A DNA stretch of 64,000 nt from Candidatus Pacearchaeota archaeon. Its GTDB lineage: Archaea; Nanobdellota; Nanobdellia; Pacearchaeales; UBA284. Below are positions 8,873-18,142 of this stretch, in pieces. The notes beneath the pieces are model-generated. The model saw nothing but the letters and a program-made list of their open reading frames with translations. It did not search any database and had not been told where the DNA came from. The stretch spans positions 424,879 to 488,878 of the forward strand of contig CP061211.1 in assembly GCA_026016245.1 (NCBI GenBank). Direction: 5' to 3'. A program made the position numbers and the translations under genes. Positions within the stretch are counted from its first letter, which is position 1, and every line of letters starts with the position of its first letter.

Positions 8873-9541
8873 TTATTTTTTCTTTTCTTCCTTTTTTTCC
8901 TCAGGTTTTGCCTCAGTTGGAGCTGGGGCACCTGGAGCAGCAGGAGCTGCTGCAGCTTTTTCTTCCTCTTTCTGTTCTATTTCCTTAATAAGAGCTTCTT
9001 GATCCTTCTTTACTTCCTCAAAATCAGAAGCTAGCTTGTCTAATTTTTCTTTATCTGCTATTTCTTTGCCTTCAGAAATAATTTTATCATAAACTCCACT
9101 ATCTACTTGTTCTATAACTTCCTTAGGATCTTTGCTCTCAACAAGAATTCCATTACTCACACATGAGCCTAATATAGATTTAACAGCTGATTTCAAAGTA
9201 TCTGTGAACATGTCTTTCTGTTTCACCTTAGCGACCTTGATTATAACCTCTATGGCAGCATTAGCTACCTTGATTTTATCTGGTTGCTGAGAGCCTTTTT
9301 TTAATCCAAGCTCCTTCTTTAATAATTCAGTTGCAGGTGGCGTAGAGACAGAAACAGTAAAATTCTTTGTTTTTGTATCTATGTCGAGTGTTACAGGAAC
9401 CTTGATTCCTTTGAAGTCAGTGGTTGCTTTACTAACCTCTGCTATAACTTTTCCGAGATTGATTCCTAAAGGGCCTAGTTTTTGACTTAAAGCAGGACCT
9501 GGTTTCATTTCTCCACCTTCAACAAGTAATTTGATTTGCAT
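8873..9541 (-). CDS. rpl11: 50S ribosomal protein L11 with ~80-aa C-terminal extension
   Basis: N-terminal GGEMKPGPALSQKLGPLGINLGK... L11 core; tail ends in Ala/Pro-rich hinge plus K/E-rich segment. Confidence 0.8.
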   Translation of the reverse strand: MQIKLLVEGGEMKPGPALSQKLGPLGINLGKVIAEVSKATTDFKGIKVPVTLDIDTKTKNFTVSVSTPPATELLKKELGLKKGSQQPDKIKVANAAIEVIIKVAKVKQKDMFTDTLKSAVKSILGSCVSNGILVESKDPKEVIEQVDSGVYDKIISEGKEIADKEKLDKLASDFEEVKKDQEALIKEIEQKEEEKAAAAPAAPGAPAPTEAKPEEKKEEKKK

Positions 9542-9656
9542 CTCCTTTTCAAAGAAAATCTAGTTTTAAAGACTTTTGTTTATATTTTAGAAACATTTAA
9601 ATATTAATCAGATTATTTTTTTGATAGAAAAAGAGTAAAAAATTTCTTTTTATTTT

Positions 9657-9914
9657 TTATTTTATCTCGCAATCAGTATTAATTGCTTGCCCTGGCAGAC
9701 CTTTTTCAAATACTACTCTAAGAAGCCCCTTATTCCCGTGTGATGCAGTTATCTTACCTTTAATTATTTTTCCTGCTGGGCTTTTCCACTCAACTTCCTT
9801 ACCCAAATATTTTTCTGCATCTTTCTTGTTTTTTACTTTTTCAGTCTGGATAATAAATTGTCTTGGTTTATAAGTGTGCCTTCCACGTCTAAAACTTACA
9901 ACTGTCGCTTTCAT
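9657..9914 (-). CDS. rpl35ae: 50S ribosomal protein L35Ae
   Basis: FRRGRHTYKPRQ...GKEVEW...GKIIKGKITASHGNKGLLRVVFEKGLPGQAI. Confidence 0.8.
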   Translation of the reverse strand: MKATVVSFRRGRHTYKPRQFIIQTEKVKNKKDAEKYLGKEVEWKSPAGKIIKGKITASHGNKGLLRVVFEKGLPGQAINTDCEIK

Positions 9915-9915
9915 T

Positions 9916-11736
9916 TTAAAAAATCAACTCAAACTTTCCAAAGATCTTTCTAAGTGCATCTACCAATTCTGGAGAAATTCTTTTTTCGATTTTCTCTTTC
10001 TTTGCTGTGGCTTTTCTAAGTTCCTCTTTTGTGGCATCTGTAACCTTGCCATCTTTAAATTTCTTTATTCCATCTAGAGTTATGTCAGGGATAATGAAGG
10101 TGATATCTTTAAACAAGAATATCTCTCCTTTTTTCCTAACCTCCTTCCTTTCCTCGTTTGTTTTATAAATCAATATTATTCTATGTTTTTCTGCTTCAAG
10201 AAGTTCACGTCTTTGGCTATATTCTGTAAGCGCTAATGTCAATTGATAAGAAGCTTTTCTTACTTCAGAAAGGTCTTGTTTTGTTATTTTTCCTTTCTTA
10301 TATTTTTTCTTGGCATCTATTATCTCTTTCAAATATATGAGATTTCTTGGAGAAAGCTTTGATTTTTTAATTAACTCATTTTCAAATTTTTTGACTATGG
10401 CTGCTTCTCCACCTTTTCCTAAAATTCCTTTCATGAGCTTAAGGGTAGTATCATATATCTGTAGAATCTCTATCTCACCAGCTTTTTTCTCTATCTGCTT
10501 CATCAATTCTTTAAGTCTTTTGATATATTCTGAAGATTGTTTCAAGAGTATATCTATTTCCCTTCCACTAATTGTTTTTATCTCTTCATGCTCATATTTT
10601 TTATAGATATCAATTATTTTCTCCAGGATATTGATATATTTTGGTTCAAGAAGTTTTTCCTTCTCAACAAAAACTCTTCTCATTAATTTTACTGCTTCTT
10701 TAGGTACTGGGGGAGCAAGACCATATAACATTAAAGCTGCTTGACTTGGTGTAATGATGCCCCAATAGATATCTTCAGTAACAATATCATTCAACTTTCT
10801 CTGTACATTTTTAGCTACTCTCTCACCAAGACTCATGAACATATCTATAGCCTCAGGACTTGGTTTAATCTTGCCCATCTTAAGGAGAAGTTTCCATGGC
10901 ATGAAAGCTCCTCTGTCATAAAGAGGAACACCATCACGAATGAATGTAAAAATTACAGGATGTGCATCTTTTACTGCTTCCCAGAACTCTGTCAATATAT
11001 AAATCTGAGGATTTAACTTGTTCTCTACTCCAGCTATCTCACTTGCTTCCATAGTGTAGCTGTAAATTATAGCCCTCAATTTCTCTTTTAACTCATATCT
11101 TGACATTCTTTTAACGTCTGTATCATCTATAACCACAAAAATATCAACATCACTCGTCTTTGTTGCATCTCCCCTAACTAAAGAGCCAGCAAGAACATAA
11201 CTAACAACATACTTCTCAAACTTTTTTAGGACAAGAGTTTTATGAATAGAGGATGCTCTTAGTGCACCTAAAATACCTTTATCACATAAGGGGAAAGACA
11301 TGGCTATTGCCTCTATTAAAGCATATTTTCCATCAAAACATGTTTCCCAAACCTGCTTTATGTTCTTGATATGAAGCCACACTCTTGGTTTCATGCCTTG
11401 AATGAGTCTTATTCCCTCTACCTTTATCTTGCCTACTTCCTTGGATTTTTCTTCTGGGACTATGATAACAACATGGATTATTCTTTCATCTTTTTCTTTT
11501 TCCACCTCTTCTTCCTCTTCTATTATTTTTGCAGCTGGAGGGGGTAGAATTCCTATAGCAGAAATATAAGGGAATTTTTTTATTAGAGCCTTCTTGAAAT
11601 CCTTTAAATTGTCTCTAATTCTTTCTATCTCTTTTTTAACTTCCTTTGGGATTTGTTTCTCAATATCCCCAATTTTTTCCATTTCATACTTCTTTCCCTC
11701 TTTGTTTTTTTCAGTTTTTTTCTTCATTTTCCTCAA
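9916..11736 (-). CDS. nucleotidyltransferase-domain protein (Pol-beta superfamily), 606 aa, function unknown
   Basis: AGSLVRGDATKTSDVDIFVVIDD (GS-x9-D-x-D) near residue 185; long helical K/E-rich C-terminal region. Confidence 0.5.
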   Translation of the reverse strand: MRKMKKKTEKNKEGKKYEMEKIGDIEKQIPKEVKKEIERIRDNLKDFKKALIKKFPYISAIGILPPPAAKIIEEEEEVEKEKDERIIHVVIIVPEEKSKEVGKIKVEGIRLIQGMKPRVWLHIKNIKQVWETCFDGKYALIEAIAMSFPLCDKGILGALRASSIHKTLVLKKFEKYVVSYVLAGSLVRGDATKTSDVDIFVVIDDTDVKRMSRYELKEKLRAIIYSYTMEASEIAGVENKLNPQIYILTEFWEAVKDAHPVIFTFIRDGVPLYDRGAFMPWKLLLKMGKIKPSPEAIDMFMSLGERVAKNVQRKLNDIVTEDIYWGIITPSQAALMLYGLAPPVPKEAVKLMRRVFVEKEKLLEPKYINILEKIIDIYKKYEHEEIKTISGREIDILLKQSSEYIKRLKELMKQIEKKAGEIEILQIYDTTLKLMKGILGKGGEAAIVKKFENELIKKSKLSPRNLIYLKEIIDAKKKYKKGKITKQDLSEVRKASYQLTLALTEYSQRRELLEAEKHRIILIYKTNEERKEVRKKGEIFLFKDITFIIPDITLDGIKKFKDGKVTDATKEELRKATAKKEKIEKRISPELVDALRKIFGKFELIF

Positions 11737-11788
11737 GTATTTAAAAGGGTAAAAACCTTTTTAAAGTTTTACTCTAAATAAGAATATA

Positions 11789-11861
11789 GGGCCTGTGGTC
11801 TAGTGGTTACGACGCCACCCTTACAAGGTGGAGGTCCCTGGTTCGATCCCAGGCAGGCCCA
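11789..11861 (+). tRNA. tRNA-Val (anticodon UAC)
   Basis: Acceptor GGGCCUG/CAGGCCC, anticodon stem CCACC/GGUGG, loop CUUACAA, T-loop UUCGAUC. Confidence 0.85.
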
Positions 11862-11876
11862 TAAAAAGACACAAAA

Positions 11877-12563
11877 ATGTTCATAAAAAAGATTTTTCAA
11901 AACAAGGTTGATGAAACTGTACATAAACAATTCATAAGATTTGGTAAAGGGGAGTTTGGAAGCAAAGCTATAATAAATATAAGAAAAACTAGTGTGGTAA
12001 AGCTAACAACAAGTTTTGAACTAGCTGGGGATATCATAATTTTCATCAGTTCTCTTGCTCCATGGTTTAGAGTTGAGGGACTCTTGTCCAACAGGGAGCA
12101 GATTCCTTGTTTTGAAGGAAAGAAGAAAAAAGGGCTTTTTGTTTATAATATAGCAAAAGAGTTGAGAAGTGAAGAACTTAGAGATCTTGTATTAAAATCA
12201 TATCCTACTTTACTTGATTGTATTTCTGGAGATGAAAGTATAAACTTGAAGATAAAAAAGAGGATTCCAAAGCCAGGCAAGAAAACTGAAGCTAAAGTTG
12301 ATGATAAGTTTTGTCAGTTAAATCTTGATGCCAAATACTGGCCACAATTACATAATGAGTTTTTATTTGATCTGCCTTTTGAGATAAAGAAAGCAAGAAT
12401 AGTGCATACTTTCATCATCAAAGATATAAAGATTCCGAAAGAGCTGGAAAAAGAGGGGGATTATGAAAAAATTAGGTTGGGGGCCAAGCGAATTGGAAAG
12501 GTGATAAGGAAGGTCGTTGTAGACGGTAAAGAGATAGTAAAAGAGAAGGATTTTATAGCATAA
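11877..12563 (+). CDS. hypothetical protein
   Basis: 228-aa ORF immediately upstream of the L3 operon. Confidence 0.35.
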   Translation: MFIKKIFQNKVDETVHKQFIRFGKGEFGSKAIINIRKTSVVKLTTSFELAGDIIIFISSLAPWFRVEGLLSNREQIPCFEGKKKKGLFVYNIAKELRSEELRDLVLKSYPTLLDCISGDESINLKIKKRIPKPGKKTEAKVDDKFCQLNLDAKYWPQLHNEFLFDLPFEIKKARIVHTFIIKDIKIPKELEKEGDYEKIRLGAKRIGKVIRKVVVDGKEIVKEKDFIA

Positions 12564-12659
12564 ACTTTATAAAGTTCGTCAGATTCATTTTTATAGGTTC
12601 ATACCTTTTTGGGGTTGTACTGGGTAGAATGACGCTAAAAATAAAATTAGCTATTAGAA

Positions 12660-13631
12660 ATGCCAAAGACACACAAGCCAAGAGCTGGGTCACTACAGTT
12701 CTGGCCGAGAAAGAGAGCTACTAGAATTTTATCTAGTGCGAACTGGAAACCTCTACAAAAAAAACATTCTGGTCTTCTTGGTTTTATATGTTATAAGGTG
12801 GGCATGATACGTGTTCTTGCTCGAGACTTAACACCTAATTCTATGACTAAAAATAAACAAATCATTATTCCTTCTACATTTGTTGGATGCCCCCCAATGA
12901 GAATTCTCGCAGTGAGATTCTACAAAGATGATATGGTTGTTTTTGATATTCTTAATGAAAATCTTGATAAGGAATTAAAAAGAAAAATAAAGCTGCCTAA
13001 AGAAAAATCAAAAATAGGGAAAAGGCTGGTTGAGGTTGAGAAGAAAATAAATGAGTTTGATGATATTAGGCTTCTTGTTTACACTCTACCTAAAGAAACT
13101 GGCCTCAAGAAGACACCAGATATAGCTGAAATAGGTCTTGGAGGAAGTAATTCAGAGAAATTAGATTTTGTTAAGAAATATATTAGCAAGGATATTAAGA
13201 TGGTGGATTTTTTAAAGTCAGGACAGGTTGTTGATGTGAGGGGCGTGACAAAAGGGCATGGGTTTACTGGACCTGTAAAACGTTTTAAGATAGGTCTAAG
13301 GCAGCACAAATCTGAGAAAGGCAGAAGACGCCCTGGAAGTGTTGGCCCCTGGACCCCTTCAAGAATCACTTTTAGAGCGCCTATGGCTGGCCAGTATGGC
13401 TTTTTTAGCCGAATTCAATATAATTCTAAACTTTTAAGTTCTGGTTCTGCCAGAGATATAGAAAAATTTTCTTTTGAATTTCCACACTATGGTAAGATAA
13501 AAACAAACTATATTATTATTAGGGGTTCTATTCATGGGCCTGCTAAAAGACAGCTTCTTCTTACACTTCCTTTAAGAGAAACAAGATCTGCTACTAAGAA
13601 AAATTTTGAAATTTTAAATTTGCTAAAATAA
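12660..13631 (+). CDS. rpl3: 50S ribosomal protein L3
   Basis: MPKTHKPRAGSLQFWPRKRA... and operon position. Confidence 0.9.
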   Translation: MPKTHKPRAGSLQFWPRKRATRILSSANWKPLQKKHSGLLGFICYKVGMIRVLARDLTPNSMTKNKQIIIPSTFVGCPPMRILAVRFYKDDMVVFDILNENLDKELKRKIKLPKEKSKIGKRLVEVEKKINEFDDIRLLVYTLPKETGLKKTPDIAEIGLGGSNSEKLDFVKKYISKDIKMVDFLKSGQVVDVRGVTKGHGFTGPVKRFKIGLRQHKSEKGRRRPGSVGPWTPSRITFRAPMAGQYGFFSRIQYNSKLLSSGSARDIEKFSFEFPHYGKIKTNYIIIRGSIHGPAKRQLLLTLPLRETRSATKKNFEILNLLK

Positions 13632-13632
13632 A

Positions 13633-14409
13633 ATGAAGAAAGTATCTATTATTGGATTAGAAGGAGGAAAGGTTAAGGAGATTGAATTACCAGCTGTGTT
13701 TAATGTTCATGTTCGTGAGGATATAATCCACAAAGTATTTGAATCAACTAAAAAACAGCAGCTCTATGGTTCCTATACATTAGCTGGAATAGAAGCTGCT
13801 GCTAGCAGCAAGCAGAGCCATAGAAGACATAAGTATAAGACTCTTTATGGTCATGGTATTTCCAGAGTTCCAAGAAAAGTTCTTACAAGAAGAGGGGAAA
13901 GATTTTATTGGAGGGGTGCTTTCATTCCTGGAACTGTAGGAGGTAGGGCAGCACATCCCCCAAAAGCATTAAAAAGAAGGATAAAAGTGAACAAAAAGGA
14001 AGGAAAGATTGCTCTTCAAGGCTCCATAGCTGCAACTGCTTCAAAAAAAATACTCGAGAAGAAATATAAGAAACTTAAAATCACTTTTGAGCTTCCAGTG
14101 ATAATAGAATCCTCGATTTTGGAACAAAAAGCTAAGGACATAGCTAAGTTCATATCAAAATTATTAAACATAAGAATAAGGTCTGAAAAGAAAATAAGGG
14201 CTGGAAAAGGAAAGATGAGAGGAAGGAAATACAAAAAAGTTAGGAAAATTTTGCTTGTTACTTCAAGCAAAGAAAAAGCAAGCAAATTAAAAAATTTTGG
14301 TTTGGATATAACTCAAACTAGCCAATTAAATGTCTCAACTCTTTCTTCAGGAGGAATCCCTGGAAGAATTGTAATCTGGACTGAAAGAGCCATGGGAGAA
14401 TTAAAATGA
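13633..14409 (+). CDS. rpl4: 50S ribosomal protein L4
   Basis: Sequence and position between L3 and L23. Confidence 0.9.
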   Translation: MKKVSIIGLEGGKVKEIELPAVFNVHVREDIIHKVFESTKKQQLYGSYTLAGIEAAASSKQSHRRHKYKTLYGHGISRVPRKVLTRRGERFYWRGAFIPGTVGGRAAHPPKALKRRIKVNKKEGKIALQGSIAATASKKILEKKYKKLKITFELPVIIESSILEQKAKDIAKFISKLLNIRIRSEKKIRAGKGKMRGRKYKKVRKILLVTSSKEKASKLKNFGLDITQTSQLNVSTLSSGGIPGRIVIWTERAMGELK

Positions 14410-14657
14410 AAAAAATATTACTATATCCTTTAACAACAGAAAAATCAATTAGGATGATAGAGATTGAAAATAAAATTACTTTTGTGGTTAATAGGAAAGC
14501 AGGCAAAGTAGAGATCGCAAAGGCAATTACAGAAAATTTTAAATCTAAGGTCAAGGAGGTAAATGTTCAAATAATAAATAATAAAAAAGTGGCTTTTATC
14601 AGACTCAAACCTGAAACTCCTGCCATAGATATCGCAACAAAGCTTGGAATCATATAA
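14406..14657 (+). CDS. rpl23: 50S ribosomal protein L23
   Basis: 83 aa; position between L4 and L2. Confidence 0.85.
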   Translation: MKKILLYPLTTEKSIRMIEIENKITFVVNRKAGKVEIAKAITENFKSKVKEVNVQIINNKKVAFIRLKPETPAIDIATKLGII

Positions 14658-14658
14658 A

Positions 14659-15360
14659 ATGGGAAAAAGAATAATATCACAAGCGAGAGGAAGAGGAAGC
14701 CTTACTTATAGAACAAGAAAAAAAGCATTTAGGATCAGTGTAAGCTATCCTAGCACAGAGGGGATAGGTAGAGTTGAGAAGTTAATAAATGTTTCTTGTT
14801 ACAAGGCCCCGGTCGCTAAAATAAGAATAGATGGAAAAGTCTTTTATAATATTGCTGCTGAGGGTATATATGAAGGACAAGAAGTTAGTGTTGGAAAAAA
14901 AGCAGATATCATACCAGGAAACATAACTCAGCTAGCAAATATCCCTATAGGAACTGAGATATTCAGTATTGAAACAGTCCCTGGTGATGGACCAAAATTA
15001 GTCAGAGCCAGTGGTTTAAATGCAAGAATCACTAAAAAAAGTCTTAAAGCTGTTTATGTTTTATTGCCTTCTAAAAAAGAAAAGATATTTAGTCCTAATG
15101 CTAGAGCCACTGTAGGAGTCACAGCTGCATCTGGAAGACACGAAAAACCTCTTCTTAAAGCTGGTAAGAAGTACCACATGGCTAAGGCCATTGGAGGCAG
15201 GATTTATCCGAGAACAAGTGCTGTTAAAATGAATGTTGTTGATCATCCTTTTGGTTCTGGCAGGGGTAAAAGAATTAAGAGCAAAATAGCTAAAAGAAAT
15301 GCCCCTCCTGGAAGAAAAGTTGGGTTGCTAAGACCAAGGAGGACAGGAAAGAGGAAATAA
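14659..15360 (+). CDS. rpl2: 50S ribosomal protein L2
   Basis: L2 core; ATG at 14659 follows the L23 stop (listed ORF start 14644 is an upstream TTG). Confidence 0.9.
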   Translation: MGKRIISQARGRGSLTYRTRKKAFRISVSYPSTEGIGRVEKLINVSCYKAPVAKIRIDGKVFYNIAAEGIYEGQEVSVGKKADIIPGNITQLANIPIGTEIFSIETVPGDGPKLVRASGLNARITKKSLKAVYVLLPSKKEKIFSPNARATVGVTAASGRHEKPLLKAGKKYHMAKAIGGRIYPRTSAVKMNVVDHPFGSGRGKRIKSKIAKRNAPPGRKVGLLRPRRTGKRK

Positions 15361-15361
15361 G

Positions 15362-15748
15362 ATGGTAAAAGAATTTAATTATAGGGGTAAAACACTTTCA
15401 GAATTGAAAACTATAGATCTAAGAGAGTTTTCAAAGTTTTTGCCTTCAAGAGAAAGAAGAAGTTTATTGAGACAATCAGAAATAGTAGAGAGATTCTTAA
15501 AACATTGTGAGAAAAAAATGGCCAAAGGAAAACCAATCAAAACACATTTGAGAGATCTGATAATTGTCCCGCAGATGGTTAACTTAACTATTAATGTTTA
15601 TAATGGCAAAACTTTCTTGCCTGTTAAAATAGTTGAAGAAATGATGGGACACCGTCTTGGAGAATTTGCTCATACTAGAGGAAAAATTCAGCACGGTACT
15701 CCAGGTATTGGTGCAACAAGAAGTTCAGCTTTCCTATCAGTTAAATAA
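15362..15748 (+). CDS. rps19: 30S ribosomal protein S19
   Basis: ...[29 protein letters not shown]. Confidence 0.9.
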   Translation: MVKEFNYRGKTLSELKTIDLREFSKFLPSRERRSLLRQSEIVERFLKHCEKKMAKGKPIKTHLRDLIIVPQMVNLTINVYNGKTFLPVKIVEEMMGHRLGEFAHTRGKIQHGTPGIGATRSSAFLSVK

Positions 15749-15755
15749 AGATAAA

Positions 15756-16352
15756 ATGGAAAAAACAAAAGAAATGAAGGAAGTAAAAAAAGAAGAAAAG
15801 AAAAAGGGAAGAAATATAGTTGCAAGAGCATTAGGAAAAGATTTTCCTATTAGTACAAAACACTCAATTGCTATATGCTCTTTTATTAAAGGAAAGAACC
15901 CGCAAGAAGTTATCACTTTTTTAGAACAGGTTATTAGAAAAAAGGTTGCTGTTCCAATGAAAGGAGAAATACCTCATAGAGCAAATATGCCAAAAGGAAA
16001 ATATTCTGGAAGATATCCTGCAAAAGCATCTAGATATTTCATTAAATTACTAAAAAATTTGGTTGCGAATGCCTCTGTAAAGGGGCTCGACCCAGATTCT
16101 TTAATAATAAGTAAGGCGATAGCAAACAAAGCTTCAAGACCTTTTAGAGGAACGAGAATTGCTTATGGTAGAAAATTTTTCAAAAGAACACACATAGATC
16201 TTGAAGCAATTGAAATCAAGAAAAAGAAAAAAGAGGAAAAGAAAACAAAAGAAACAAAGGAAGAGAAAAAAGAAGAAAAGAAAGAGGAAAAAAAGCCAGA
16301 AGAAAAGACAGGAAAAGAGAAGAAAAAGGAGGAGAAGGAGAAAGAAAAATGA
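15756..16352 (+). CDS. rpl22: 50S ribosomal protein L22 with K/E-rich C-terminal tail
   Basis: L22 core; ATG at 15756 after the S19 stop; ~45-aa KKEEKK-type tail. Confidence 0.85.
   Translation: MEKTKEMKEVKKEEKKKGRNIVARALGKDFPISTKHSIAICSFIKGKNPQEVITFLEQVIRKKVAVPMKGEIPHRANMPKGKYSGRYPAKASRYFIKLLKNLVANASVKGLDPDSLIISKAIANKASRPFRGTRIAYGRKFFKRTHIDLEAIEIKKKKKEEKKTKETKEEKKEEKKEEKKPEEKTGKEKKKEEKEKEK
16223..16290. repeat. 68-nt K/E-tail coding module, copy 1 (2 mismatches vs 21703..21770)
   Basis: Near-identical nucleotide stretch encoding EEKKTKETKE(E/V)KKEEKKEEK inside the L22 and L32e tails. Confidence 0.6.
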
Positions 16353-17113
16353 TTAAAAAGAAATTTATTGAAGCAAAAAAGCAGGAATTTGAGATAAAGG
16401 AGTTTATAAAAACACAGCTTGGGAAAGGGAGGGTGAGTGATATTAAGATTGAGAGAACGCCTGTTGGAGAAAAAATAGTGATAATAACTTCAAGACCTGG
16501 GCTGGTAATCGGTCGTGGAGGAGAGATTATTCAGAAAGTAAATACATCATTAAAGAAAAGATTCAAACTTGAAAATCCTCAGATTGAAGTATCTGAAATT
16601 CAAGAGGCAATATTTGATGCTCAAACTGTTGCTGATCAAATAGCTTTATCATTAGAAAGATTTGGCCCGCTTAGTTTTAAATTAATAGCATATAGAGAAC
16701 TTGATGGGATATCAAAGGCAGGAGCTCTTGGTGCAGAAATAAGGTTAAGTGGCAGGCTTCCAAGCGAGAGATCTAGAAGTTGGAGATTCGCTTTTGGTTA
16801 TCTCAGCAAGACAGGGGCAATTGCAGATATTATAGTTAACAGAGCCCAAGCAAAGGCATTCACAAGACCAGGAGTGGTTGGTGTAAAGGTAGCAATAGTT
16901 CCTAGAGATGCTAAGATCCCTGATAAAATAAGCATCAGTAAGAAAATTATAGAAGAAGAAATAAAAGAAAAGTTAAAGAAAGCTGAGGAAGAGGCAGAAG
17001 TAAAAACTAAGAAAAAGGCAAAATCTAAAGAGAAAAAGAAAAGGAAGAAAACAACTAAGAAAAAGAAAGAAGTAAAGGAAGAGAAAAAGGGAGGGGAGGA
17101 GGAAGCAAAATAA
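16349..17113 (+). CDS. rps3: 30S ribosomal protein S3 with K/E-rich tail
   Basis: KH domain GEKIVIITSRPGLVIGRGGEIIQKV. Confidence 0.9.
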   Translation: MIKKKFIEAKKQEFEIKEFIKTQLGKGRVSDIKIERTPVGEKIVIITSRPGLVIGRGGEIIQKVNTSLKKRFKLENPQIEVSEIQEAIFDAQTVADQIALSLERFGPLSFKLIAYRELDGISKAGALGAEIRLSGRLPSERSRSWRFAFGYLSKTGAIADIIVNRAQAKAFTRPGVVGVKVAIVPRDAKIPDKISISKKIIEEEIKEKLKKAEEEAEVKTKKKAKSKEKKKRKKTTKKKKEVKEEKKGGEEEAK

Positions 17114-17114
17114 A

Positions 17115-17309
17115 ATGGCAATACTTAGAAATAGAGAAATACAAGTTTGGAATAAGAAAGAATTATTAAATAAAAGAAAAGAGCTTCAGCTTGAATTATT
17201 AAAATTAAAAATTCAAAAAGGCCAGGCAAGCGCTGGAACTAAAAAATTAAAAGAAATTAAAAAAACAATAGCAAGAATTAATACTAAGTTAAATCAACTT
17301 AAAGAATAA
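17115..17309 (+). CDS. rpl29: 50S ribosomal protein L29
   Basis: 64-aa helical protein in canonical position after S3. Confidence 0.8.
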   Translation: MAILRNREIQVWNKKELLNKRKELQLELLKLKIQKGQASAGTKKLKEIKKTIARINTKLNQLKE

Positions 17310-17310
17310 G

Positions 17311-17601
17311 ATGGATATATGCCCAAATTGTGGCTTACCAATAGAAACTTGCATTTGTAAGGAACTAGCAAAAACAAAACAAAAGATAAAGATACAGACA
17401 ACGAAAAGAAGATTCGGTAAAATTGTTACAATAGTTTCAGGGATTGAGAATGACATCAAAGGAATAGCAAAAAAACTGAAGGAAGAGTTGGCTTGTGGTG
17501 GAACAGTAAAAAACAACACCGTTGAACTTCAAGGAAATCATATAAACAAAGTGAAACAGAAATTGATAGAGATTGGATTCAATAAAGATAATATAGAATA
17601 A
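17311..17601 (+). CDS. translation initiation factor SUI1 (aSUI1/eIF1 family) with N-terminal zinc ribbon
   Basis: MDICPNCGLPIETCICKE... then SUI1-like fold; canonical position between L29 and Rpp29. Confidence 0.8.
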   Translation: MDICPNCGLPIETCICKELAKTKQKIKIQTTKRRFGKIVTIVSGIENDIKGIAKKLKEELACGGTVKNNTVELQGNHINKVKQKLIEIGFNKDNIE

Positions 17602-17624
17602 ACAAAGCAAGAAAAAACAAGAAA

Positions 17625-17846
17625 ATGAAGGAAGTGCCGCAGTTAGTCATAGGTAGCATAATAAGAATAACAAAAGCAAAGAACAAGTCACTTAGAGGGA
17701 TGGGAGGAAAAGTGATAGATGAGACAAAAAATTTACTCATCATCGAAACAAGAAAAGGAATAAAAAAAATAATTAAAGAGCAAATAGAATTTAAGATTGA
17801 AAATGAAAGAAAAGAAGAAAAAGGAAGAAGGAAGGAAGAAGGATAG
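17625..17846 (+). CDS. rnp1: RNase P protein component 1 (Rpp29/Pop4 family), short form
   Basis: LVIGSIIRITKAKNKSLRGMGGKVIDETKNLLIIET; position between SUI1 and S17; stop codon TAG. Confidence 0.6.
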   Translation: MKEVPQLVIGSIIRITKAKNKSLRGMGGKVIDETKNLLIIETRKGIKKIIKEQIEFKIENERKEEKGRRKEEG

Positions 17847-18141
17847 TGCGAAGTGTGATGACAAGAAATGTCCGATTCATGGCCAGTTAAGTATAAGAGG
17901 AAAATATTTTAAAGGAAGTGTTAAGAAAATAGTTGGCCAGAGAGCTGTTATTGAATTTAAGAGACTCATTTATGTGAAAAAATATGAACGTTTTTCCAAG
18001 GCATCCACAAAATTGCATGCTTATCTACCCAAATGTTTGATTGAAAAAATAAATGTTGGAGATAGAGTAAAGATAGGCGAATGCAGGCCCTTGAACAAGA
18101 TAATGCATTTTGCTGTAATTGAAAAAATAAAAGAAAAATAA
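17797..18141 (+). CDS. rps17: 30S ribosomal protein S17
   Basis: CDDKKCPIHGQLSIRGKYFKGSVKK...VGDRVKIGECRPLNK; start overlaps Rpp29 3' end. Confidence 0.8.
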   Translation: MKMKEKKKKEEGRKKDSAKCDDKKCPIHGQLSIRGKYFKGSVKKIVGQRAVIEFKRLIYVKKYERFSKASTKLHAYLPKCLIEKINVGDRVKIGECRPLNKIMHFAVIEKIKEK

Positions 18142-18142
18142 A

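Noticed and set aside
16201-16352. K/E-codon repeats (gaaaag/aaagaa periodicity) considered as a CRISPR array or tandem repeat
   Set aside because: No constant-length direct repeats with unique spacers; the periodicity is in frame inside ribosomal protein tails. Only the 68-nt module shared with L32e is reported.
16798-17121. Antisense ORFs across the ribosomal operons (e.g. 16798..17121, 17966..18556, 18025..18537, 19930..20288, 21677..21895, 22058..22472)
   Set aside because: They overlap well-supported ribosomal protein genes on the opposite strand and encode low-complexity F/L/S-rich products, as expected from antisense reading of K/E-rich AT-rich coding sequence.
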